A DNA stretch of 64,000 bases from Bacillota bacterium (GTDB lineage Bacteria > Bacillota > UBA4882 > JBLNCG01): contig JBLNCG010000061.1 of assembly GCA_050260475.1 (NCBI GenBank), forward strand, positions 79,559 through 143,558. Reading direction: 5' to 3'. Under the pieces are notes generated by a model. The model ran no database searches and had not been told where the DNA came from. It worked only from the letters and a program-made list of their open reading frames with translations. Position numbers and translations under genes: made by a program. Positions 9,781-18,191 of the stretch are shown piece by piece. How positions within the stretch are numbered: the stretch's first letter is position 1; the number at the start of each line of letters is the position of its first letter.

Positions 9781-12004
9781 TGCCGATTTTTTTCCTTTCT
9801 ATCTCGGTGATCTCCGGATATTGGATCCGGGTGTGATAAATGCCGTTCAATATTTTCTGGAAAGCCTGGCTGGTCTGATGGAGATCCTTGAGCGTGAGAT
9901 CGCACTCGCTGAACTGGTTGTCGTCAAGCCTTTCCTTGATCATCCTGTTGATCATGTTTTCGATTTTCACGGTGGTCGGCTTGGGCATCGCGCGCACCGC
10001 CGCCTCAACGGAATCCGCCAACATTACAAGAGCGGCTTCCCGGGAGCCCGGCTTCGGGCCGGGATAACGGAAATCCTCCTGACGGATCTCCCCGCGGTCC
10101 TCCTTTTCGCTTTCCGCCGCCCTGACGTAAAAATACCGGATCAGATCCGTTCCGTGATGCTCTTCGATCACCTCCACGACATGATCCGGGAGCTTGCTTT
10201 CCCTGGCCAAGTCGGCCCCGTCGCGCACATGGGAGGTGATAATCAACGCGCTCAGGGTAGGGGCAATTTTCTCGTGGGGATTTTCCATCCCCATTTGGTT
10301 TTCGCTGAAAAAATAAGGCCGCCTGATCTTACCGATATCGTGGTAATATGATCCGATTCTGGTAAGCAATCCGTCCGCGCCGATGGCGTTGGCGGCGCTT
10401 TCCGCCAGATTTCCGACGATGATACTGTGATGGTAAGTGCCCGGCGCCTCCAGCAAAAGTCTCCGGAGCAAGGGATGGGCGGGATTGGCCAGTTCCAGCA
10501 GGCGCATGGATGAAGTGACGCCGAATAAATGCTCCACAAAAGGGAGCAGTCCCAATGTCAGCACGCTGGATAGAAAGCCCCCCAGGGCTCCCAACAGGCT
10601 GTTTTGGACCGCCAGAAGCGGATCGTTCCCCCTCAGCAGTATGCTCAGAGTGAAAATGGTCAGCATATTGGTGACGGTTACCAGAACCCCGGCGCGGATC
10701 AAATCCCCCCGCTGGCTGAATCTGTTCAGGCTGAAACATGCCATGCCGCCCCCCATCAAGGAGACAATGGCAAAGATCATTTCACCGTTGCAGATCACTC
10801 CCGTCATAAAACTGAGCAATACGGTCAACATCAAGGCCAGCGGCGCGTCGATGAAAATCACCAGAAGCATGCTGACAAAAGCCGCCGGAATGATGAAGCG
10901 CCAATCCCATCCATTATATTGCACCGGGATGAGCGTGACTATCTTCGTAAGAATCATGAGAAGGGAGACGGCTACGGTCATCAGCACCAAAAGGCGTTCA
11001 TTGCCGAGAATTTTCTTGTTATACTCCACGATATACAACAAAAGCACGGCGATAAAGGAAAGGATCAAAAAGGAAAGGCTGAAAAAAATCAGGATCCGGT
11101 TGGTGCTGTTGCCGATGACATTCAGGTATTTAAGGTTTTCGATATCTTCTTCGGTGACGATTTTGTCCTTGAATAGGATGGGAGTGCCCGCCGGAATATA
11201 GACGGGACCGATCCCCCTGGTTTTTTCCATCTGCAGCCTGCGGACCTTGTCCATATCCAGGATGCCGTTGGATACCAAAAACCGCGCTATAATATCTTTA
11301 ACCGGAGCATATTGTTCAGGGCTGTAATTCCCTCGTTCAATCCATTGATCCAGGTTGTCCCTGGCCTCCTTGATCTTCTCTTCCAAAATCAACCTGGAAG
11401 TCAATATCCTGTATATTTCATCCTTTACTTTGGCCTGCAAGTCTTCCCATTCGTCATGGCCCGCCTTCAGGCAATAGACGATGGTGGAAGGCTGAAAGCC
11501 GACGTTGTAATCCGCGCTGAATTCATCGTTGATTTTCCGGGCGTATTCCAGGCGGATTTTATCCGTGACCGCAAGGCCGTTTTTCCTTTGCTCCTCCAGA
11601 TCCTTGCGAATAGCTTCCATCCGTTCGAAAAAATAATTTACCCTTTGCAGCGACAGGCCGCTTTTGCCCGGATCCAGCGCATAGTTGTCGGGATCGCGCG
11701 AGGCCTCCAGGCTGGCTTCCTGCTCTTTCTCCCGGATAAGCTTATCGGTACTCAAGCGGTTGATAATCGTACGCGGGGCAAGGTAATCGATCTTGCTTTT
11801 TTCGCCCGCTTTTACGTCCAACTGCTGTGGCACGTAATCGAAAGAAAGGATGGCGGTTAAGATCATAAAGATAATCACCACCAAAACCCAGTCCCTGATA
11901 GTGGTATTGCGAAAAAACTTTTCCCAGTATTGAGAAAACTTGGAATACCCCTCCGCGAACAGCGGCTTGGCTTTCTTCGGATCAGGCATATATTCACCTT
12001 CCAT
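9764..12004 (-). CDS. pgpH: 7TM-HD membrane phosphohydrolase (PgpH/YqfF family, cyclic-di-AMP phosphodiesterase type)
   Basis: 746 aa with an extracellular N-domain, seven central TM helices and a C-terminal HD domain (HHSIIVGNLAE, YHDIGK). It follows the yqfF-like synteny between phoH and ybeY. Confidence 0.9.
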   Translation of the reverse strand: MEGEYMPDPKKAKPLFAEGYSKFSQYWEKFFRNTTIRDWVLVVIIFMILTAILSFDYVPQQLDVKAGEKSKIDYLAPRTIINRLSTDKLIREKEQEASLEASRDPDNYALDPGKSGLSLQRVNYFFERMEAIRKDLEEQRKNGLAVTDKIRLEYARKINDEFSADYNVGFQPSTIVYCLKAGHDEWEDLQAKVKDEIYRILTSRLILEEKIKEARDNLDQWIERGNYSPEQYAPVKDIIARFLVSNGILDMDKVRRLQMEKTRGIGPVYIPAGTPILFKDKIVTEEDIENLKYLNVIGNSTNRILIFFSLSFLILSFIAVLLLYIVEYNKKILGNERLLVLMTVAVSLLMILTKIVTLIPVQYNGWDWRFIIPAAFVSMLLVIFIDAPLALMLTVLLSFMTGVICNGEMIFAIVSLMGGGMACFSLNRFSQRGDLIRAGVLVTVTNMLTIFTLSILLRGNDPLLAVQNSLLGALGGFLSSVLTLGLLPFVEHLFGVTSSMRLLELANPAHPLLRRLLLEAPGTYHHSIIVGNLAESAANAIGADGLLTRIGSYYHDIGKIRRPYFFSENQMGMENPHEKIAPTLSALIITSHVRDGADLARESKLPDHVVEVIEEHHGTDLIRYFYVRAAESEKEDRGEIRQEDFRYPGPKPGSREAALVMLADSVEAAVRAMPKPTTVKIENMINRMIKERLDDNQFSECDLTLKDLHQTSQAFQKILNGIYHTRIQYPEITEIERKKIGNDAHK

Positions 12005-12986
12005 TTACGAAATCCATATGTTCAACCTTTTTTTCAAAAGCCTCGTAGGCCTTGATCACCTTTTGCACCAGCTCGTGCCGGACAACATCCTTTTCGCTCA
12101 AATAAACAATGCCGATGCCCTCTATCCCGGAAAATATCTGCTTGATGTTGAAAAGTCCGGAAGCACGTCCGGACGGCAGATCCACCTGGGTGATGTCCCC
12201 GTTGACCACCATTTTGGAGCCGAAGCCCAGCCGGGTAAGAAACATCTTCATCTGCTCGTGGCTGGTGTTCTGGGCTTCATCAAGGATGATGAAGGAATCG
12301 TCCAGCGTCCTGCCGCGCATATACGCCAGCGGCGCGATCTCGATGACCCCTTTTTCCTGCAGCTTGATGAAACCTTCAAAACCAAGGCAGTCAAACAACG
12401 CATCATACAGTGGCCTGAGGTACGGATCGACTTTTTCCTTCAAATCCCCGGGCAGAAAACCGAGTTTTTCACCCGCCTCCACCGCAGGCCGTGTCAGGAT
12501 AATGCGCCCCACGGTCTTGCTTTGGAATGCCGCAATGGCCGCAGCTACCGCCAGGTAAGTTTTGCCCGTGCCCGCCGGACCGATCCCGAAGGTGATGCCG
12601 TTGTCGCGGATGGCTTGTACATATAACCTCTGGCCGACTGTGGCGGGTTTTATCTTCTTGCCCTTGTAAGTGACATTGACGATATCGGAACCTGCGGACC
12701 GGGGCTTGCCCTCTTCCCCAGACTGCGCCAGGGATAGCAGATATTGCCAGTCCATGGCGCTCGGTGGATCGTTCCGTTTGATTCTTTCGCAGAGTTCCTC
12801 CAATACATGCACCGCTTGCTCCACCCGCTCCCGGCTTCCGTACAGAAACAACTCCGTACCTCTGGAATTTATCTCAATATCCAGCGCCCTGGCCAGGAAC
12901 TTTAAATTCTCATCTCCCGGGCCGTAAAGCGTAGCCGCGAGGGCGCCGTTCTCCGCGGAAAAGCTCCCCTGGTACGAATCGGACAT
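11994..12986 (-). CDS. phoH: PhoH-like ATPase
   Basis: 330 aa with Walker A GPAGTGKTYLAVA and the blocks LDEAQN and GDITQVDLP. Confidence 0.95.
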   Translation of the reverse strand: MSDSYQGSFSAENGALAATLYGPGDENLKFLARALDIEINSRGTELFLYGSRERVEQAVHVLEELCERIKRNDPPSAMDWQYLLSLAQSGEEGKPRSAGSDIVNVTYKGKKIKPATVGQRLYVQAIRDNGITFGIGPAGTGKTYLAVAAAIAAFQSKTVGRIILTRPAVEAGEKLGFLPGDLKEKVDPYLRPLYDALFDCLGFEGFIKLQEKGVIEIAPLAYMRGRTLDDSFIILDEAQNTSHEQMKMFLTRLGFGSKMVVNGDITQVDLPSGRASGLFNIKQIFSGIEGIGIVYLSEKDVVRHELVQKVIKAYEAFEKKVEHMDFVNGR

Positions 12987-13030
12987 TTCTATCCCGCCTT
13001 TAACCGTTGTTAAATATCACGGTTACTATA

Positions 13031-13153
13031 GAACCGGTGATTAAATACATCTAACCGATTTCGGAAAACCGCAATACGGTCGTGCCTAAGTTAGGGCACG
13101 CTCCTTTAACGCGTTTTTCCGAAATTAAAATTGATAAGTTTAATCACCGGTTT
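13031..13153. repeat. family C triple-nested palindrome (~120 bp)
   Basis: The outer inverted repeat is AACCGGTGATTAAA (13032-13045) with TTTAATCACCGGTT (13139-13152). The middle one is ATTTCGGAAAA (13058-13068) with TTTTCCGAAAT (13115-13125). The centre is CGTGCCTAAGTTAGGGCACG (13081-13100). Confidence 0.7.
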
Positions 13154-13248
13154 ACTAATACATTGTCAACATTGAAGCCATATAGAAGCGAAGCTTACTC
13201 TCTTATGGCAAGGATAAACGGAAATTCTTTGAGTCATCTCAACCGCCA

Positions 13249-14403
13249 TCACCAGGCTCTGCCGATTTCCTCGACCTTTTCCCGGATCACCGTTACCAGA
13301 ATAATATTGCCTTTTTTGCCTACTATTATATTTTCCTTCATACCGGTCGGGCTTTTGGACAATTGTTTCGCAAGATGCGCTCTTGCCCTGGAAACGCCGG
13401 CCCATATCGCCTGCTCTTCGCTGAGTCGGACGAGTTCGCGTCTGGCTTCCAGGTATTTATCGTGAATGATTTCGACAATGCTTTGACGATTCCTGCCGGA
13501 TATAAGGGGTACCGAGGTTTTTACCCAGCGGTAGCATTTGTACGGCGGGGCCGTTTTACCCAGTTTAAATTGCCGGGCGCCTAATTTCAACCGGAAACAA
13601 TGCGCTTTTTCTCCAGTCAATCGATAACGGAAGCAAATCATGGGTACGCGCACCCGGGCTTGATACCAGACCACCGCTTCCACAATGCCTTTGGCGGGCT
13701 GCCAGGTATCGGGAACGTCTATGGTTTCGGCGCCTTTTTCTCCCTGTCTGGTGATTTGCAACGGGCCGCCTGTGATTAGAGGATCACCGCGCCTGACCGT
13801 ATCTCCCTCACCCACCAGAGCCCTCCCGGAAATAACTACCATTCGTGTGATCAGGCCATCCTTATCCGCGCGGATCATTTCGTTATATCCGGAAGCGGGC
13901 GGACGGATTTTTTCCACCACCTCCACTCTCAGGACAGTCCCTTTAACCTCCATCCCGAGCCAGCTTATGGCGGTAAATCTCCGCATAAGCTTGCGGCGTT
14001 TTGCGTCCAATGCCAGCTCGCTTTTCCAAATCCCCCTGGCCAGGCGCATTTCCCTTAAGGCGCCGCTGAAATCCCTTGTCGGTATGCTTTTTAATCCCTT
14101 GATATCCACCACCCATATAAACATGGATGAGATATAGATGGCCATGACAAAAAACAGGACGCCCGCGAAAAAGCCTTTCCTGATCCATAACTTATGCAGC
14201 AGAAAAGGCAGGCCTTTTTTTTCTTTGATGAAAATCCTGCAGCGCGTCTGGCGTCTTAAGTCCTTCAGGTTTTTAAACCCCTCGATGCCAATCACCGCAA
14301 CTGCGGCGTCGGATTTTAAGTAACTGATATTCCAGAGCTTGATCCCGCGTACGATGGCCAGATTAAGCAGCCGTTCAACTTCGCCGCCTTTAATGCAAAT
14401 CAA
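13249..14403 (-). CDS. yqfD: sporulation protein YqfD
   Basis: 384 aa with one central TM helix. Its position between yqfC and phoH matches Bacillus and Clostridium, and its overall sequence character matches YqfD. Confidence 0.85.
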   Translation of the reverse strand: MICIKGGEVERLLNLAIVRGIKLWNISYLKSDAAVAVIGIEGFKNLKDLRRQTRCRIFIKEKKGLPFLLHKLWIRKGFFAGVLFFVMAIYISSMFIWVVDIKGLKSIPTRDFSGALREMRLARGIWKSELALDAKRRKLMRRFTAISWLGMEVKGTVLRVEVVEKIRPPASGYNEMIRADKDGLITRMVVISGRALVGEGDTVRRGDPLITGGPLQITRQGEKGAETIDVPDTWQPAKGIVEAVVWYQARVRVPMICFRYRLTGEKAHCFRLKLGARQFKLGKTAPPYKCYRWVKTSVPLISGRNRQSIVEIIHDKYLEARRELVRLSEEQAIWAGVSRARAHLAKQLSKSPTGMKENIIVGKKGNIILVTVIREKVEEIGRAW

Positions 14404-14439
14404 TAAATAACCTAAAAAATAAAGCCAAATTTCGATAAT

Positions 14440-14751
14440 TTAACCTTCCCTCCAGTCCACCATCTCGATCAGGCGGATTTTTCCGGAAAAAGTTATTACC
14501 TCCTTATCCGCCTTGCGCAGGACGAAGCCGGCGCCAGCCACTTTTATCTCACCGTAACCGGTGCCGATCCGCAAAACGGTATCGCAATATTCAATAATCC
14601 CCCTGTGGTTTTCCAACTTCAGGTATTCGTTGCCGATAATCTGCAGGTGAGGTATGCTGAAAACCACATCCCGGGGCAGATCCAGAAGTTTAACAAGGGC
14701 AGCGCCGATTTTCCCGGATCTTTTTTCGCCCACTTTACCGCCTCCCTTCAT
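14440..14751 (-). CDS. yqfC: sporulation protein YqfC
   Basis: 103 aa with LDLPRDVVFSIPHLQIIGNEYLKLENHRGI, which resembles the YqfC core. It lies directly upstream of yqfD. Confidence 0.82.
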   Translation of the reverse strand: MKGGGKVGEKRSGKIGAALVKLLDLPRDVVFSIPHLQIIGNEYLKLENHRGIIEYCDTVLRIGTGYGEIKVAGAGFVLRKADKEVITFSGKIRLIEMVDWREG

Positions 14752-14807
14752 AAATTCTATGCGGAAGCGGTTCCTGATTTATCCCGAAATAATAAAAAAC
14801 CATGCAT

Positions 14808-14843
14808 AAAAAACAGAAATCCGCAAGTCGCCTTGCGGATTTC
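14808..14843 (-). terminator. intrinsic terminator after rpsU
   Basis: The minus strand reads GAAATCCGCAAG-GCGA-CTTGCGGATTTC followed by TGTTTTTT. It starts 2 nt after the rpsU stop codon. Confidence 0.8.
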
Positions 14844-14844
14844 C

Positions 14845-15021
14845 CTACGAAGATTTGCGCTTCCTCGCCGCTTCGGATTTTTTCTTCCGGCGCACGCTTG
14901 GTTTCTCGTAATGTTCATGTTTGCGTATTTCGGACAAAATGCCGGCTTTCTGGCATTGCCGTTTAAAGCGCCGTAGCGCGCTGTCCAGCGTTTCATTTTT
15001 CCCAACCCTGATTTCGGCCAT
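14845..15021 (-). CDS. rpsU: 30S ribosomal protein S21
   Basis: My hand translation gives [58 protein letters not shown], with a GGAGG RBS. At 58 aa it falls below the ORF-track length cut-off. The listed 108-aa ORF at 14757..15083 is in another frame and is rejected. Confidence 0.92.
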   Translation of the reverse strand: MAEIRVGKNETLDSALRRFKRQCQKAGILSEIRKHEHYEKPSVRRKKKSEAARKRKSS

Positions 15022-15125
15022 CTGAATCCCTCCCCCCCTTGCTGCAACTTCCTTTTAGAGACAGGATGCGAGCGTAGCGGCAACCATTGCTGGCTATATT
15101 TTGTATATATTATAACCTACCATAT

Positions 15126-15155
15126 ATTATACAAGATTCCGGCATAATGTGTCAA
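15126..15155 (-). promoter_or_regulatory. sigma-A promoter candidate for rpsU
   Basis: The minus strand reads TTGACA, an 18-nt spacer, then TATAAT, about 105 nt upstream of rpsU. Confidence 0.45.
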
Positions 15156-15184
15156 CATCCAACCAATCAATCAACTTATCTTCA

Positions 15185-15514
15185 TCATCCCATTGCGCTT
15201 AATTTTCTCCCCGCCAGGATGTGAAAATGGACATGCGGGACTTGCTGGCCGGCATGGGGACCGGAGTTGATCACAATACGATACCCGTCCGCCAGATCGA
15301 ATTTGCGTGCAATCTCCCCGACGGCGTTAAAAACCGCCGCAAGCTCCCGGGAATCCAGTTCCGTAGGCGACTCCGTATGCCTTCTGGGAACGACCAGGAT
15401 ATGTATGGGCGCCCTGGGCTGGATATCGTGAAACGCCACAACCGTTTCCCGCTCCAGCGCGATCTTTGCCGGGATCTCCCCGCGGGCGATTTTACAAAAA
15501 ATGCAGCTCTCCAT
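15185..15514 (-). CDS. HIT family (histidine triad) protein
   Basis: It carries the HVHFHILAG triad motif. I prefer the ATG at 15514 (AAGGAGG 9 nt upstream) over the TTG at 15523 used by the ORF track. Confidence 0.9.
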   Translation of the reverse strand: MESCIFCKIARGEIPAKIALERETVVAFHDIQPRAPIHILVVPRRHTESPTELDSRELAAVFNAVGEIARKFDLADGYRIVINSGPHAGQQVPHVHFHILAGRKLSAMG

Positions 15515-15547
15515 GAAACCCAACCTCCTTTTTTATCCATACTGTGT

Positions 15548-16864
15548 TTAAATATCCGCCGATTCGACGGCACCGTACAGCCCTCCGCGGGCAGCCCTGG
15601 TAACGCGCACCCGCACCAGTTTATTGCGCCAATCCGTTCCGGAATCCGGGAAAAAAACCTGCACATATTGTATATTATAACCGGTCCAGTTTTCCTTCTT
15701 TTTTTCTTCCGCCAGAACTACCACGGACTTGCCCAGGAATCTCCGGTGGAAGGCATAAGACATCTCATCCGCAACTTTTTTGACCGCCGCCGCCCGCTCC
15801 TTTTTTATCCCCGCGGAAACTTGCCCGTCCATGGAAGATGCCGGCGTACCCGGCCGCGTGGAAAAGGGAAAGATATGCAGGCGCGAGAAGCCGATTTTTT
15901 TAATAAAGGAAACTGTTTCCGCAAAAAGCGCCTCGGTTTCCCCGGGAAAGCCCACGATTAGGTCCGTGGAAAGAGCGGTTTCCCTTCGCGCCCTACGCCG
16001 TATCCCACCCGCCACATCCGCAAAAAAGGCGGTATCGTAACGGCGCCCCATCCTGCGCAGGATCTCGTCGGAGCCGCTCTGCAGGGAAAGATGAAAGTGC
16101 GGGCAGAGTATGGTATCCCCAGCCATCAGCTCCAGCAATTCCTCCGTCACGTCCTGCGGATCCAGAGATCCCAAACGCAACCGGGCCAGTCCCGGGATGC
16201 GGACGGCGTCGCGCACCAACTCCGCCAGAACCGCGCGCCCGAACAGATCCTTACCGTAAAGGCCCAGATGGACGCCGGAGAGCACCACCTCTTTAAATCC
16301 CGAGGCCGCCATCTCCCCGATTCTCGCAAGCGCCCGTTCCGGTGCCATGCTCCTTACGGGACCGCGGGCCAGAGGTACGACGCAATAGGCGCAATAATTG
16401 TCGCAGCCCTCCTGGATCTTCAAAGTGGCGCGGGTCCGCCCGGCATATTCCGCGGCGGTTATTTCCTCAAAGTCCTCCCGCCCGGTAAAGGGGGTCACCC
16501 GGTTTACCGGGGACGGTTTTTTCTCCATTATTTCCAATGCGCTGTCTGCAATCTCCATCCGCCCCTTCGTTCCCGATACAAGGGAAACGCCGGGCATGGC
16601 CAGCAAACGTTCCGGAGCAATCTGGGCATAACAGCCCGTCACCAGGATCGGGGCGGCGGGGTTAAGTTTATGCGCGCGCCGGATAAACTGCCGCGCTTTT
16701 TGTTCGCTGGTTTTCGTGACACAGCAGGTGTTGACCACATAAAGATCGGCTGCTCCGCCAAATTCTACGATCTTAAAGCCCTTTTGCCGGAAAAGTTCGC
16801 TCAGGGCATTGGTCTCGACCTGATTAACCTTGCAGCCCAGCGTATGGAAAGCGACACTGAACAT
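15548..16864 (-). CDS. mtaB: tRNA methylthiotransferase MtaB (radical SAM MTTase)
   Basis: It has the N-terminal FHTLGCKVNQ, the radical SAM cluster CDNYCAYC and a C-terminal TRAM-like region. I prefer the ATG at 16864 (AGGAGG upstream) over the ORF-track start at 16921, which would overlap folE2 by 53 nt. Confidence 0.9.
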   Translation of the reverse strand: MFSVAFHTLGCKVNQVETNALSELFRQKGFKIVEFGGAADLYVVNTCCVTKTSEQKARQFIRRAHKLNPAAPILVTGCYAQIAPERLLAMPGVSLVSGTKGRMEIADSALEIMEKKPSPVNRVTPFTGREDFEEITAAEYAGRTRATLKIQEGCDNYCAYCVVPLARGPVRSMAPERALARIGEMAASGFKEVVLSGVHLGLYGKDLFGRAVLAELVRDAVRIPGLARLRLGSLDPQDVTEELLELMAGDTILCPHFHLSLQSGSDEILRRMGRRYDTAFFADVAGGIRRRARRETALSTDLIVGFPGETEALFAETVSFIKKIGFSRLHIFPFSTRPGTPASSMDGQVSAGIKKERAAAVKKVADEMSYAFHRRFLGKSVVVLAEEKKKENWTGYNIQYVQVFFPDSGTDWRNKLVRVRVTRAARGGLYGAVESADI

Positions 16865-16868
16865 ATTT

Positions 16869-17651
16869 CTAAAGCTCCTCCTGATGATATGCGAAAGCAT
16901 TATGGTTGTGGATGGATTCATAGCTCTCGCAGGTCACCTCGAACCATTTCAGGGCCGGCACGGCGCGCAGTGCAATCACGCAGTCCCTTAGGATGTCCTC
17001 GACGAATTTCGGATTGTCGTACGACTTCTCCGTCACGTATTTTTCGTCTTCCCGTTTGAGAAGAGGGTAGATCGGCGCGCTTCCGCACCCGCTCAAAAGC
17101 TCCACTACATCCTCGATCCAGAGGAACTTCCCGGGTTTGAAACGGAGCTTGACCCGGATGTTCGCCCGCTGGTTGTGGGCCCCCCCGTTTGATATCTCCT
17201 TGCTGCACGGGCAAAGAGACACCACGGGTATCTCCACGGACAAAAAATAGTTGAAGTGTTTCTCCCATAGAACCCCGGCGAATTCGCACAGATAATCAAG
17301 ATAGCTTACGCTGCCGCTGACCGGCGCGGTGATGGGCAGAAAATACCTGAACTTCATGGAAATCTCCGTGCGCTCCGCGGAAAGCTTTTCCTTCAAGGCC
17401 TCCAGGATCTTCCGGATGCCGGATATGGGTTTGGCGCTCCACTGGTTCAGCGTCTCCACAAAGCGGCTCAGATGGGTCCCCCGGTATTGATGGGAAAGGT
17501 TGGCCGACAGTTCCACCTGCCCCTGGACGCTTTGCTGCCCGCCGGAGCGGGTGGCTATAAGAAACGGCATGTGGATTTCCTTTACGCCGACCTTATGTAT
17601 GCCGATTCCTCTTTCATCGGGGGAATTTTGAATATCCCTCATGGCAAGCAC
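16869..17651 (-). CDS. folE2: GTP cyclohydrolase FolE2 (type IB)
   Basis: 260 aa. Its N-terminal DERGIGIHKVGVKEIHMPF and its length match the FolE2/MptA family as I recall it. The start could be 17651 (GTG) or 17642 (ATG). Confidence 0.8.
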   Translation of the reverse strand: MLAMRDIQNSPDERGIGIHKVGVKEIHMPFLIATRSGGQQSVQGQVELSANLSHQYRGTHLSRFVETLNQWSAKPISGIRKILEALKEKLSAERTEISMKFRYFLPITAPVSGSVSYLDYLCEFAGVLWEKHFNYFLSVEIPVVSLCPCSKEISNGGAHNQRANIRVKLRFKPGKFLWIEDVVELLSGCGSAPIYPLLKREDEKYVTEKSYDNPKFVEDILRDCVIALRAVPALKWFEVTCESYESIHNHNAFAYHQEEL

Positions 17652-17716
17652 CCCACATCATTTTAACACTTTTTTACGGATTTATGACGTTTTTCCCCGT
17701 GTCAGGCTCCGGGGAT

Positions 17717-17747
17717 AAAAAAGTCCCAGTATGAACATACCGGGACT
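17717..17747 (-). terminator. intrinsic terminator after the cold-shock gene
   Basis: The minus strand reads AGTCCCGGTATG-TTC-CATACTGGGACT followed by TTTTTT. Confidence 0.7.
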
Positions 17748-17847
17748 TGTGTTGTTAATGTTAGCGATCAATCCGCATCCTTGACAAGATTTCATTTGGC
17801 ACCGGCTGTTTTTCGGACGGCCAAATGGGATTGAGGCAGCCAAAGCC

Positions 17848-18048
17848 TTATAACTTAACAACATTTGCCGCCTGAAGGCCGCGGTCGCTTTCCACAATAT
17901 CGAAAGAAACCTCCTGTCCTTCAGTGAGCGTTTTGAAACCTTCCTCCTGGATTGCGGAATAGTGCACAAACACATCAGCCCCGCCTTCCTGGGCGATAAA
18001 GCCGTACCCTTTCTCCGCATTGAACCATTTGACCTTACCTGTTGCCAT
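17848..18048 (-). CDS. cold-shock protein (CspA family)
   Basis: 66 aa with RNP1 KGYGFI and RNP2 VFVHY. Confidence 0.96.
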   Translation of the reverse strand: MATGKVKWFNAEKGYGFIAQEGGADVFVHYSAIQEEGFKTLTEGQEVSFDIVESDRGLQAANVVKL

Positions 18049-18092
18049 TCAAATAATACCTCCTAAAAATTTGCTGGCCAAAGCCTAAAATC

Positions 18093-18121
18093 AATTTATC
18101 AAAATATATAATTTTTGTCAA
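18093..18121 (-). promoter_or_regulatory. sigma-A promoter candidate for the csp gene
   Basis: The minus strand reads TTGACA, a 17-nt spacer, then TAAATT preceded by TGa (an extended -10). Confidence 0.4.
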
Positions 18122-18191
18122 TCTTTTTTCGCTTTTTTGCAGCGATTTTATAAGATAAACACTGAAAAACCTGCTAAAAACAATGCCTTAC

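Noticed and set aside
14757..15083. A 108-aa minus-strand ORF listed in the track.
   Set aside because: It overlaps rpsU in a different frame. The rpsU frame gives a textbook S21 sequence with an RBS and a terminator, whereas this ORF's product (…[30 protein letters not shown]…) looks like frame-shifted S21 coding sequence.
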